From positions 124,001 through 188,000 of the IMG/VR virus record IMGVR_UViG_3300027985_000843: a stretch of 64,000 bases of DNA, one strand, 5' to 3'. Shown piece by piece: positions 55,517-64,000 of the stretch (the first letter of the stretch is position 1; each line of letters opens with the position of its first letter). The translations under genes were made by a program, and so were the position numbers. A model generated the notes under the pieces. The model saw only the letters and a list, made by a program, of their open reading frames with translations, was not told where the DNA came from and ran no database searches.

Positions 55517-58177
55517 CTAGCTGTTGACTGTGATGGTCCAGCCGGGCAGAGCTGTCTGCGCCGCCGCCTTGATTGCCGGTGTTGGGGTCGCGTTGGTCCC
55601 GCCCGAGAGGTTGATGGTGCCTGCTGCCGGGCGTCCCGCCGCACCCGTGGTGAAATCAATGAGGATTTGATCGACTGCTGCGAGGGTGAGGGCGTTGTCA
55701 TGCATGTCGAACGTTGTGCAAGTAGCCGCAATGACCGATGGTGCGTAACCGGTGATTACGTTCCCAAAGTAGTGCGCCTCGACCAAAGCAGTGCAACCTG
55801 TGAACGATGGCAGTGTTCCAACAAAACCACTGTTGTATCCGTACACAACAAGCAACGCCGGCTTGCTCCCAAGATCGGGTAGCTGTGTGAACGCAGGGTT
55901 ATCGTTGAAATAGTACCTACTCAAAGATGTCGCGCCAGATAGGGTTGGGGGCGCACCAATCAAATCGTTTGCTGTGCAGTACAACAGTAGGAGACTCGTT
56001 GGTGCACAATACCCACGAATCACGTACGTACCAGCGCTCGCGTAGGTGTGAGTGATTGCCTGGTTCACCCCAGTGCCCGTGTACCAATTGCTCGTCCCGT
56101 CACCCCACTCGAACACGTACACCGCGCCCGCCGCAAGGTTCATCGTCCAGTTCTGTGTCGTGTCCGTGGTAGTGACCTCCCAGAACGGCTCGGGGATGGT
56201 GCCGGACAGCTTGCCTGCGCGGATCGCTTCGAAGGGGTTGAACTCGGAGAGATAGTGGGTCACCGCTGCGATCGTACTGCCAGCGTCCAAGTCGGCCACC
56301 AGATACGGCAACGACTGCGTGTAGGTCGTGTCTGTGACCGGGTTCGATCCCGATGTCGTGGGAACGAGGGTCCAATCGGCATACGTGCCACCTTTTAGCC
56401 ACACACTGAACTGCCCGTCCACGCGGCGCGTGATCCAAAACTCATACTCGACCCCTGCCGTCAACACCCCTGTGGCCGTGCCGAAGATGTTGACGTGTCC
56501 GCCGCCTACGTTCCTGCGAAGGTACAGTTCGCCAGCACTGCCCAAGATGAGCGCGTACCCGACAGGCGCGTTGGACCCAGCCACACGATCACTCAAGAAA
56601 TTCAAGAACGTGGTTTGCAGCGAAGCCACGCTCGCCTTGAAGTACCACGCTCCGTACGCCGCAAAGTTGGCTTGGGTCCACACCACACCTGCGGTCACGC
56701 ATTGGATCGATCGAGCGCCTGGCCGACCGTTCGCAGGTGCCGCTTCGATCACCTTGTGGGTTCCGCTCTGCACCTGCCACCCGTTCGCGATCTCGTTCGG
56801 TGCGCCCACCGCTGCCAGCGAGACCGGGCACGAACCGTCGCTGTGTACACGCGCATCGAGCAGGCACTTGGTCGCGCCCCTCAGGTACTCGGCGCGGACC
56901 TCGGCGGGGGTGAGGGCTGCCACCTGTACTTTCCCACTAGCAACCTCGCCCCAAAATCGCGTTGTCGGGCTTCCGCCATATGCCCCGATTCGCCACGTCG
57001 GGTTGGCTCCTACAGCCAAGTCAACCGCAGGACCTGCGGATACACTATGCTCCACAGAATCGATGAACAGTCGCGCGTTCTGACCGTTTACTTTGACAAG
57101 TGCCACATGGGTTGGTTTCTTGGGGAGCAGGTAGCCTACCCAAGACTGAGGCGTGCCCGCGACATCAGACCAAAAATTGGCCAGTGCGTTATCAAACCTG
57201 AACAAAAGCAAACCGATGCTGAGCAGATTCTGATTTGACAGCGCCGTAGTACTGTCGACCTCAACCCAGAACGAGCATGAGAACGAGGTGGGGGCGGCAC
57301 AGACCGCAGTCCCGGTCACGTACCCGCTCTTGTCAAAACGGAATGAGGTAGTAAACGGACCCTTACGAGACACATCGATCGCCCCAGCCGTTATGGTTCC
57401 CGGTGTCCCCGCATGGTTCGGTACCTGCCCGCCCGAACCCACCACGGGCTCCATGTCGAGAATGATCCCTTCCGCCGCGTACTCGCTCGGTGTCTTGGAT
57501 GGGTACGGCAGCGAGAACCCCTTGCGCGGGCGACGCACCACCGATGGCCCCGCCACAAGCTCACGATGGAGCCGGGCGATGTCGGCGTCGGTGATGCCGT
57601 CGGCGTCGATCATGAGGCTGGCGTGGTTCGGCCTAGTTGCGCTCTGGTTGATGCGGACTTCCTGCGCGGATGATGCCCAGGTTTGCGCATTGGATACAGA
57701 GTTGGTCACCACCGCCCCATCTACAAAAAACCTCGTAGGACTGCCACTAACCAATAGCGCAGCAACACTGGAGTTGTTGTACATTTTGGTGGTTACGGGC
57801 GATGCCAAGCAAGACGCACTGCCATTGTACGTAGCCAGACTTGTACTGCTAACGTAAAAGTAAAAAGACGTCCAAGGCGGCGTGCCGAAAAACACAGAGT
57901 TCGCTGGCGTTCCGTGAAGATTGCTCGCCATACACACCAACAGGAGCCCAGTCGATGGGAATTCCAGAGACAGGGCAGCGGCGAAGGTTTGTACGAGTCC
58001 AGTATTCGAAATGTACAAGCCTTTGCCTTTGCGCGTGTTTTGCCACTTGCCTGTCCCACTGCCGACGAATGAGGAAGTGTGGCTGTACGCGCTCAGGTCT
58101 TGGTACGAACCCGTGCGGTAGTCGACGTACAGACGAAGCCGACCGTCCTCATGAAGTGCGCGAATGAACTGTCCCAT
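55517..58177 (-). CDS. LamG (ConA-like) + PKD + LRR-like adhesin/receptor-binding protein
   Basis: LamG-type P.H.ALV......RLFID; PKD FEWGDG.......HTYASAGTY; C-terminal NALT..AVD.IL......GT.NL.GG.NA.P..W.ITVN. Start from TAATG overlap. Confidence 0.75.
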   Translation of the reverse strand: MGQFIRALHEDGRLRLYVDYRTGSYQDLSAYSHTSSFVGSGTGKWQNTRKGKGLYISNTGLVQTFAAALSLEFPSTGLLLVCMASNLHGTPANSVFFGTPPWTSFYFYVSSTSLATYNGSASCLASPVTTKMYNNSSVAALLVSGSPTRFFVDGAVVTNSVSNAQTWASSAQEVRINQSATRPNHASLMIDADGITDADIARLHRELVAGPSVVRRPRKGFSLPYPSKTPSEYAAEGIILDMEPVVGSGGQVPNHAGTPGTITAGAIDVSRKGPFTTSFRFDKSGYVTGTAVCAAPTSFSCSFWVEVDSTTALSNQNLLSIGLLLFRFDNALANFWSDVAGTPQSWVGYLLPKKPTHVALVKVNGQNARLFIDSVEHSVSAGPAVDLAVGANPTWRIGAYGGSPTTRFWGEVASGKVQVAALTPAEVRAEYLRGATKCLLDARVHSDGSCPVSLAAVGAPNEIANGWQVQSGTHKVIEAAPANGRPGARSIQCVTAGVVWTQANFAAYGAWYFKASVASLQTTFLNFLSDRVAGSNAPVGYALILGSAGELYLRRNVGGGHVNIFGTATGVLTAGVEYEFWITRRVDGQFSVWLKGGTYADWTLVPTTSGSNPVTDTTYTQSLPYLVADLDAGSTIAAVTHYLSEFNPFEAIRAGKLSGTIPEPFWEVTTTDTTQNWTMNLAAGAVYVFEWGDGTSNWYTGTGVNQAITHTYASAGTYVIRGYCAPTSLLLLYCTANDLIGAPPTLSGATSLSRYYFNDNPAFTQLPDLGSKPALLVVYGYNSGFVGTLPSFTGCTALVEAHYFGNVITGYAPSVIAATCTTFDMHDNALTLAAVDQILIDFTTGAAGRPAAGTINLSGGTNATPTPAIKAAAQTALPGWTITVNS

Positions 58178-59253
58178 TATCGGTTCCTCATCTGTCGGGC
58201 TCGGCGCCCCCACTCGCGCACCTGCGCGGGATTCAACTCGAACCCGTACACAGCCGATTGGAAGATGGTGCCCTTGTACCGGTTGCCCCCCACGATGTCC
58301 TGACCGAAGAACGCCTTGCTCGCCGCATCGAACGAAGCGAGCCGCACGTCCCCAGCCACGCTACCCATCACCCGGTCATTCACCATCAGACGCATGCCCG
58401 TGGAAGAGATGCTCGCGGCCACTACGAACGGTTGCCCGAACTCGCTCCCGCCGTACCCACTGGTGATGGTGACGCCGGTGGTGTCGTCCTTCTCCCAGAC
58501 CAGCGTGCCTGCGCTCAGGTCGTAGTAGAGGCTGTACCGCTTCCCCGCAATCCCCACCTCGTAGATGCGACCGTCCGCGCTCGGGGTGGTGGGCTGGACG
58601 AGAGACAGGACGGTGAAGGTCTGCGTGTCGAGCGGTCCGCCCGCTGCCCAGTCGAGGCCCGCGTACTGACTCCCGTTGAACGTGAGCCCGCGCCCGCTCC
58701 GCTGCCCCGGCATCGTGCTTGCCGTGTGCCCGTCCCCCAGTCGCGCGTAGTTCAACGCGCCCGGCACGAGCGAGAGGCTGCGGGTGACCTGTGGGTGCTC
58801 AATCGCAGAGAAATCGTCAAACTCCGCGTACCCGTTTGCGATGATAGAGAGGAATAGGTTGCCATTCACGAAGGCGACCTTATCGAATTCCTGCCACGAC
58901 AACGTGCTGTTGGTGTTGATGTCAAGCACGCCGCTAGTTCCACCTACATAAGCGGTTACAATTCCCGTGGTCCACCCTCGGAGATGCAGATACTTTGAGG
59001 GCAGCACTTGAGACGCCCATCCGAGACCGGTATCGGTGACTCGCATCACACGCGTCCCACTTCCTCCTGGCCTCGCCCCCAAAACACTTGTAACCACAGC
59101 ACCGGAACCAGCGGGCCAATTGGGAAGCAGTGGGTTTTCGAATCCGCCATCAGTCAGCAACTCAGCCCCCACGTCCTGGCGGAACTGCCCGTCCATCGGA
59201 AGGCACACGATCGCGTACTGCGGCGCGATGCGGTCAATGTCTGGATACGTCAT
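58177..59253 (-). CDS. CBM-like + LamG domain protein
   Basis: ELL.DGGFE...W (CBM4/9-like); LamG motifs Y.L, L.VN, FFG......YKG.I....VY..EL...QV. Confidence 0.75.
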   Translation of the reverse strand: MTYPDIDRIAPQYAIVCLPMDGQFRQDVGAELLTDGGFENPLLPNWPAGSGAVVTSVLGARPGGSGTRVMRVTDTGLGWASQVLPSKYLHLRGWTTGIVTAYVGGTSGVLDINTNSTLSWQEFDKVAFVNGNLFLSIIANGYAEFDDFSAIEHPQVTRSLSLVPGALNYARLGDGHTASTMPGQRSGRGLTFNGSQYAGLDWAAGGPLDTQTFTVLSLVQPTTPSADGRIYEVGIAGKRYSLYYDLSAGTLVWEKDDTTGVTITSGYGGSEFGQPFVVAASISSTGMRLMVNDRVMGSVAGDVRLASFDAASKAFFGQDIVGGNRYKGTIFQSAVYGFELNPAQVREWGRRARQMRNR

Positions 59254-60893
59254 CGTGCGGCCCTCAGCATGTAATTGGCTACCATCGCTCGCTCAGATGT
59301 TGAAAGCTCACCCGACACCAAAAATATCTTCCGCTCGGTTCCAGCTAGGTACTGACTCAGCCCCCCGTAAGCCCCCAAGGTAATACCCGTTGAATCGGTA
59401 GACCCAGCGTTACCAACCACCTGCGTTCCCCCATTGATACCAATCTTAGAATTCGCGCCGTTGAAAACAGCGTCTACGACAAACGAAGTGACAACCGCTG
59501 GGTAGGAGGGACCGACCACTTGCGCTCCAGCGTATATATTGATTTTCCCACCGGTTCCCTCGAAGATCCGCATAGAGTTTCCGGCAACCCCGTCCACAAG
59601 TGTCTGTGTAGGTACCGCTGCATTGAGTGTGCACAACACGAAGATGTGCGTTGGTTGTGGAAGTGGAGCTGTGACCCTGAAGTAATCCGACACACCATCG
59701 AACCGCACCCCGAGCCCGTCGCTCGACTTCCACCCCATGTTTGCTGCCGTGGCCTGCGCGAACTTGGTCCCCGCCAGCGTGCCACTGCCGTAGTAGTTGA
59801 GTTTTTTGCAGGAACGTTGTTCGAGTCGGATACGCGCAAAGTCCGCGTACCCACTGTTCGGGAAAGCGGTAACTCTCAAGTTCGTATCCCCGGCCCAAGT
59901 ACCCTCACCTTGACTGAACATCCAATCCACGTTCGACCCCGACAAGACCGCAGCGTTGCCGAGGTCTACTCGGTAACTGGTGGAAGTCCTTCGAGCGGCG
60001 TAAAGAGATGCGACGTATCGATTTCCTACAATACCAACCGGTTGATACATCGTAAAAGCGGTGCCAGCTCCGGTAGCCGTCATCCTAACAAAGTTAGTGA
60101 TCCCACTTGGACCACCAACCATGTGGGCCAGAGTTGACTGGTATGCACTCCACCCTGTCACACCGGCATCGAAGTCTGGGTTCAGGAGATTCGCCGGTGT
60201 ATTCAAATCGTACGTCCCAGGCTCATCTCCATCGAGGTAGAGCCCGTTATCGTACGTCCCGCCGAAGTCGGTCAGCAGGCTGCGGGGTGTCCAACCCTCG
60301 ATGGCACTTGCACCGAACGCCTCTTCCTCATCGAAGGCGTCGCGGTAGACGTCGATCTTGTAGACGGTGGCACCCCACGGTTTGGTTCCTGTGGACGAAG
60401 CACCCACGAAGAGGGTGGTTGGACTTCCTGTGGCAAGTGTGATGCTGTCGCTGCCGATCCGGACGCCGTCACACCAAAATTCCACAGTTCCGTCAACAAA
60501 TACCCAACCGAGAGTGTGGCGGCCAGCACTTATGGTGTCGTCACTGACGACCGACGCTCCACCATTGCCAATCATCTTGAGCTGGTTCGTGGAAGCTAGA
60601 CCCAGTTCGAAGCGATCCCCCAAAGAAGGATGGCCGCAATTAAGGAGAGCCCTTTGCGTGCCGCTTGCTGGCACACTCACATCGGCGAAGATACTCCAAT
60701 GAGACAAGGACCCGACCAGGTCCGCACCTCGCCCACCGAAGACGATGTACCCACCCCCGGACAGGTCCGCACCCTGGTCCACGCTCACCGAACCGTAGAC
60801 AACCCCACCGCCCCCCATCACGTAGCCGAGGTGTTGGAAGCTATTGGAGAACTGGAGGTACTGGGAACGAATGCCGGGAATCCAGAGCTTCAT
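59250..60893 (-). CDS. LamG + CBM-like + LamG domain protein
   Basis: H.LGWVF..GTVEFW.DG, LFVGA, NLLNPDFD.G..GW, GVRFDG..DY, EL...ER..VANY. Confidence 0.75.
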   Translation of the reverse strand: MKLWIPGIRSQYLQFSNSFQHLGYVMGGGGVVYGSVSVDQGADLSGGGYIVFGGRGADLVGSLSHWSIFADVSVPASGTQRALLNCGHPSLGDRFELGLASTNQLKMIGNGGASVVSDDTISAGRHTLGWVFVDGTVEFWCDGVRIGSDSITLATGSPTTLFVGASSTGTKPWGATVYKIDVYRDAFDEEEAFGASAIEGWTPRSLLTDFGGTYDNGLYLDGDEPGTYDLNTPANLLNPDFDAGVTGWSAYQSTLAHMVGGPSGITNFVRMTATGAGTAFTMYQPVGIVGNRYVASLYAARRTSTSYRVDLGNAAVLSGSNVDWMFSQGEGTWAGDTNLRVTAFPNSGYADFARIRLEQRSCKKLNYYGSGTLAGTKFAQATAANMGWKSSDGLGVRFDGVSDYFRVTAPLPQPTHIFVLCTLNAAVPTQTLVDGVAGNSMRIFEGTGGKINIYAGAQVVGPSYPAVVTSFVVDAVFNGANSKIGINGGTQVVGNAGSTDSTGITLGAYGGLSQYLAGTERKIFLVSGELSTSERAMVANYMLRAAR

Positions 60894-60896
60894 GAC

Positions 60897-61310
60897 TCAT
60901 CCCTTCGCGGGCTTGTCCTTGACGGTGGCCTTGTCTTTGATGACGGCCTTCGCCAGCTTCTTTTCCTTGTCGGTGCGTTCATTCGCAGGCTTTGCCTTCG
61001 CCGTCTCGATCTCGGCCACAATCTCATCGTGCAGCTCAAGCCGCTTCGTGACACCGTCTGCATCAGTCTCGATTGGGTATGTGTCCTTGATGCCGACCCA
61101 CTTGGAGTGCTTGTCGAGGGGCAGGGGGTTGCCTTCCGCGTCGACTTCATCCTTCCAACCGGGAAGCTGATTGATCGGGACGAAGACCCCGCCGATCTTC
61201 TTGCAGCCGATGCGGGGCTGCCCGTTAACTGTGGAGTTGCACATGTCGTTCTGGATCGCGTACACGTCCAGAACAACTTGCTCGTCGGCGGTTTCGAGAA
61301 TCTTGGTCAT
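60897..61310 (-). CDS. Charged 137-aa hypothetical protein (possible fibre chaperone)
   Basis: ATG with GAGGT; Lys/Glu/Asp-rich; sits between adhesin genes. Confidence 0.75.
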   Translation of the reverse strand: MTKILETADEQVVLDVYAIQNDMCNSTVNGQPRIGCKKIGGVFVPINQLPGWKDEVDAEGNPLPLDKHSKWVGIKDTYPIETDADGVTKRLELHDEIVAEIETAKAKPANERTDKEKKLAKAVIKDKATVKDKPAKG

Positions 61311-61318
61311 GTCCTACC

Positions 61319-64000
61319 TCACGCGTACTTGGCTGCGAGCTTAGTTTCCAACCGAATTGCTTCTGTGAGAGATAGTATACGAGAGAACACCAAGCAATCG
61401 TACGTGACCATCTCATTCGTAATGGCGTAAGGCGGGTTTGCCCCTATCCTCGCCCCAAACGTCGCAGCAGCATCGAGCGGTGTCCCGGTAAGCAAAACCG
61501 ACGAGGATACGCCATCCAATCGTCCTAGAAGCTGAGTTGAGGTAACACGCATCACAACCACTCGCGTTGACGCTGAAATCGTCCCAAGTGGCAACTCTCC
61601 GATTTTGGCTGTCCCATTTTTTAGAATCGCGACGTAATTTGAGGCGTTGCGGTATATCTGGAACCCATTAGAGTTGGACCCAGCTTCTCCAGTATCCCAA
61701 AGATACTTGGTTCCAGACACATCGGCCCCTTGTTTCCATGTCATTACCAACGTTCCGCCGTTACCGTCATTGAGGCATTTGACGGCAGTCGTCGCACCAG
61801 CAGCAGAATCCACAATCCCATCGTCAACCGCGAAGGAGATTCCTCCGGTCGCAATGTCTTCCCAAGGCATGTACCCTGCGGAAGCCTGTGTTAGATTGTT
61901 TGCCGTAGCCCCAGCACGCGGAGTCACGGCGACGAGGGACTCATTGACTACAGAAGCAGCATCGATTTCAAACCACGAACCAACGCCGGCAGTGATTGTC
62001 ATGACTCCGAACCGGAAACCAGGAGAAGGCAACGTGAAATCGCCCTCAACGAGACCCCAATTCGTCGAGGTATAAGGCCAGCCCACCTCAGTGCCCGACC
62101 CACCACCAGCACCAACAGTAACCCCCGATGATGCACGCATGGCTATACGTAAATAGTACCGATTCCCAGACGTGCCGAGCTTGTAGACATCGATCGCCCC
62201 ACCTCCGTTGTCGGTCACGCGCATATTACGTATGCCCTCATAGGGAGACGCTGACTCCTTAGACAACGTGGCACCTGCTCCAGACAGATACGCAGAAGTA
62301 TCAACCCCGTCCATGTTGAAGTCTGTGCTGTTTAATTGTGGCGCGTATGTGTAAGCCCCCTCGTACAACGGATCCACCCACGTCACGAGCCCAGCCCAAC
62401 CCTCAAGCTCCGCGTCAGAAAGCTCGTCATAGGAGAGCGGGATGTTGTGCTTGTTCGACAACATCCTCTCGACGTTTGCACGCTCGGCATCCGTGAGAGC
62501 GGTAGGACGAAACATGACATCGGCGTGCGAGCCCGTCATTGCGTACCCAACACCACCATATCCAAAGTTCATTGGGTAAGAGGGCAAGCCAGCAATAAAC
62601 CCAGAAGTGGACGCTGTGTTGTGCACTAAAACGCCATCGATCCAGATCTTGAACGATCCTCCGAGACCTTCGTGAACCATCACCAGCTGGAACGGCTTGT
62701 TTGCGATGATCGCACCCGTCGGCAAGCTGGTAGACCAAGCCGGAGCACCCGTACCATTCGCAATATAGATGGTGATCACACCAGTGGACGGCGACACGAG
62801 CACGAGTATCCCAAACTGGGTGAACGTATTGAAGTTTCCAAAGATGGCACTTGAATCCGAAGTGACACTGAACACACCAGCTATCGAAAAAGGTCGGCCA
62901 TCATGCAAGAAATCGAACGCGCCGTTGGGTAGGTTCGAGGCATTCCTGTCAGTCGAGCTTGTGTCGTACCTGACCCATCCCGTATTCGGATCGATCCACG
63001 ACATGGCCGTAGCACTCGCCTGAACGATGCTCCCGCACGGATCGTCAAGGTCTATCACTTCGATCTGGTCAAATTCAACCCATGATCCAACAATGGTGCC
63101 AATCGAGCCCACATACAGTGTTGTGTTTCCACCGCACAGAACCACGACATCAAAGTATTGCCAATCCGTGTTTGCCTCGCCGTCCCATCCTGCGTTCAGC
63201 CCGCACAGCACGCGTGGCGCTTGCGACGCCGTGGACGAACGCGCCCACCCACGCAACCTATAGGTGTGGCCTAGCGTAAGTATTCCGCTTTGGGTAGCGT
63301 AGAACGTGGCGGCCGTGCACGTCACGCGTAGGACTTGTGTTCCGTCTCCTGATGGCGAGCCACTTTCCTTGGTTAGTGTTGCATCGACTGCTGCCCACGA
63401 TGCAACCCCTACATATTCCATCCTCCCATCGTTGCAGCGATTGAGACCGGGGCCCCTCGCTTCAATGCCGACGACAGAGTGATTCGTGCCAGGGTTCACC
63501 TCGTCATACTCAGAATAAGTCGTTCCGACGGTCCACAACCGGGCGATGTTCACCGTTGCGGTGAATTCCCCCATGTCGAGCAGTGTCCAATCGGTGAGCG
63601 ACGTTTGTGCAAAGATGCTTCCGTCATGATACATGCGAGCATCGGAGGACCCGTCGCCTCTGCCATAAACCCCCACATCCGAGTAGCGATTGCCGACGGT
63701 TAGAAATGCAACAGGTATCGTGTACGGGTTGGCCGTGCCGTTGTAGGCTACGCGCATCCCGTTGCCAACCAGTCCAGTGACGGTCGTGAGCACTGCATCG
63801 TTGACAGGTGCCCAGCCAGTTGTGGTCTCCAGTGAAGTGTTCGGGAGACTCGGCGGTGGAGCATACGTCACGCTCAGCGGGTCCCCCACCGGATCGATCC
63901 ACCACGCATCCCCCAGGTCCGCGAAAGTGAAGGGGGTCGTTCCCCCGCGCACCACGCCGCAACCGACACCACAACCGATACCATCCGCCCCACGAGGAGT
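61319..64000 (-). CDS. Multi-CBM + LamG adhesin-like protein, 5' end probably outside the window
   Basis: The frame stays open from GTG 63955 to 64000 (TPRGADGIGCGVGCG). Three CBM-like modules and two LamG-like modules. Confidence 0.8.
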   Translation of the reverse strand, partial: TPRGADGIGCGVGCGVVRGGTTPFTFADLGDAWWIDPVGDPLSVTYAPPPSLPNTSLETTTGWAPVNDAVLTTVTGLVGNGMRVAYNGTANPYTIPVAFLTVGNRYSDVGVYGRGDGSSDARMYHDGSIFAQTSLTDWTLLDMGEFTATVNIARLWTVGTTYSEYDEVNPGTNHSVVGIEARGPGLNRCNDGRMEYVGVASWAAVDATLTKESGSPSGDGTQVLRVTCTAATFYATQSGILTLGHTYRLRGWARSSTASQAPRVLCGLNAGWDGEANTDWQYFDVVVLCGGNTTLYVGSIGTIVGSWVEFDQIEVIDLDDPCGSIVQASATAMSWIDPNTGWVRYDTSSTDRNASNLPNGAFDFLHDGRPFSIAGVFSVTSDSSAIFGNFNTFTQFGILVLVSPSTGVITIYIANGTGAPAWSTSLPTGAIIANKPFQLVMVHEGLGGSFKIWIDGVLVHNTASTSGFIAGLPSYPMNFGYGGVGYAMTGSHADVMFRPTALTDAERANVERMLSNKHNIPLSYDELSDAELEGWAGLVTWVDPLYEGAYTYAPQLNSTDFNMDGVDTSAYLSGAGATLSKESASPYEGIRNMRVTDNGGGAIDVYKLGTSGNRYYLRIAMRASSGVTVGAGGGSGTEVGWPYTSTNWGLVEGDFTLPSPGFRFGVMTITAGVGSWFEIDAASVVNESLVAVTPRAGATANNLTQASAGYMPWEDIATGGISFAVDDGIVDSAAGATTAVKCLNDGNGGTLVMTWKQGADVSGTKYLWDTGEAGSNSNGFQIYRNASNYVAILKNGTAKIGELPLGTISASTRVVVMRVTSTQLLGRLDGVSSSVLLTGTPLDAAATFGARIGANPPYAITNEMVTYDCLVFSRILSLTEAIRLETKLAAKYA

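Noticed and set aside
278-63974. Many long plus-strand ORFs (e.g. 278-1732, 22592-24454, 33289-34752, 38216-39901, 47303-48604)
   Set aside because: They lie antisense to well-supported minus-strand genes, have Arg/Val/Gly/His-rich shadow composition and show no motifs; this is expected from GC3 bias.
1-64000. Stop-codon reassignment, as in some huge phages
   Set aside because: Genes are intact in code 11. TAA, TAG and TGA all end genes at tight junctions (e.g. TAG at 7291, 51765, 52118).
55517-64000. Diversity-generating retroelement target
   Set aside because: No reverse transcriptase and no near-identical template/variable repeat pair differing at adenines were seen; similarity among modules is only at protein level.
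1-64000. tRNA, rRNA or large ncRNA genes
   Set aside because: Intergenic gaps are at most about 140 nt and none shows a cloverleaf or T-loop/D-loop signature.

Overview
This window is the virion-morphogenesis region of a large, GC-rich, contractile-tailed (myovirus-type, probably jumbo) bacteriophage. Every credible gene is on the minus strand, and many are coupled by ATGA/TGATG/TAATG overlaps. The long plus-strand ORFs are antisense shadows. In transcription order (right to left): LamG/CBM/PKD adhesin-like genes; IPT/TIG-repeat proteins; a DUF5659-like protein; neck fibre, adaptor and closure genes; a coiled-coil + Dps-like + volactin-like actin cluster; a likely tail terminator; an FmdB zinc ribbon; a 1431-aa tail sheath; a free-standing homing endonuclease; a cassette between sheath and tube (HU, N-extended UvrD helicase, nucleic-acid-binding-like protein, degenerate DHH-like protein); tail tube; two chaperones; tape measure; two tube-initiator paralogs (one fused to a lytic transglycosylase); hub; spike; a three-repeat putative spike tip; a 2004-aa structural protein; helical unknowns; a gp25-like protein; and baseplate J (cut by the left edge). 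No capsid, portal, terminase, tRNA, rRNA or CRISPR array was seen. The most notable signals are (1) a complete actin-fold ATPase within the neck-tail genes, (2) recurring intergenic motifs shared by the sheath, tube and actin 5' regions, (3) a perfect palindrome that reads as a sigma70-like promoter on both strands, and (4) a non-PAAR pseudo-threefold protein after the spike. All family assignments come from motifs recognised by eye and from gene order; no database search was run.
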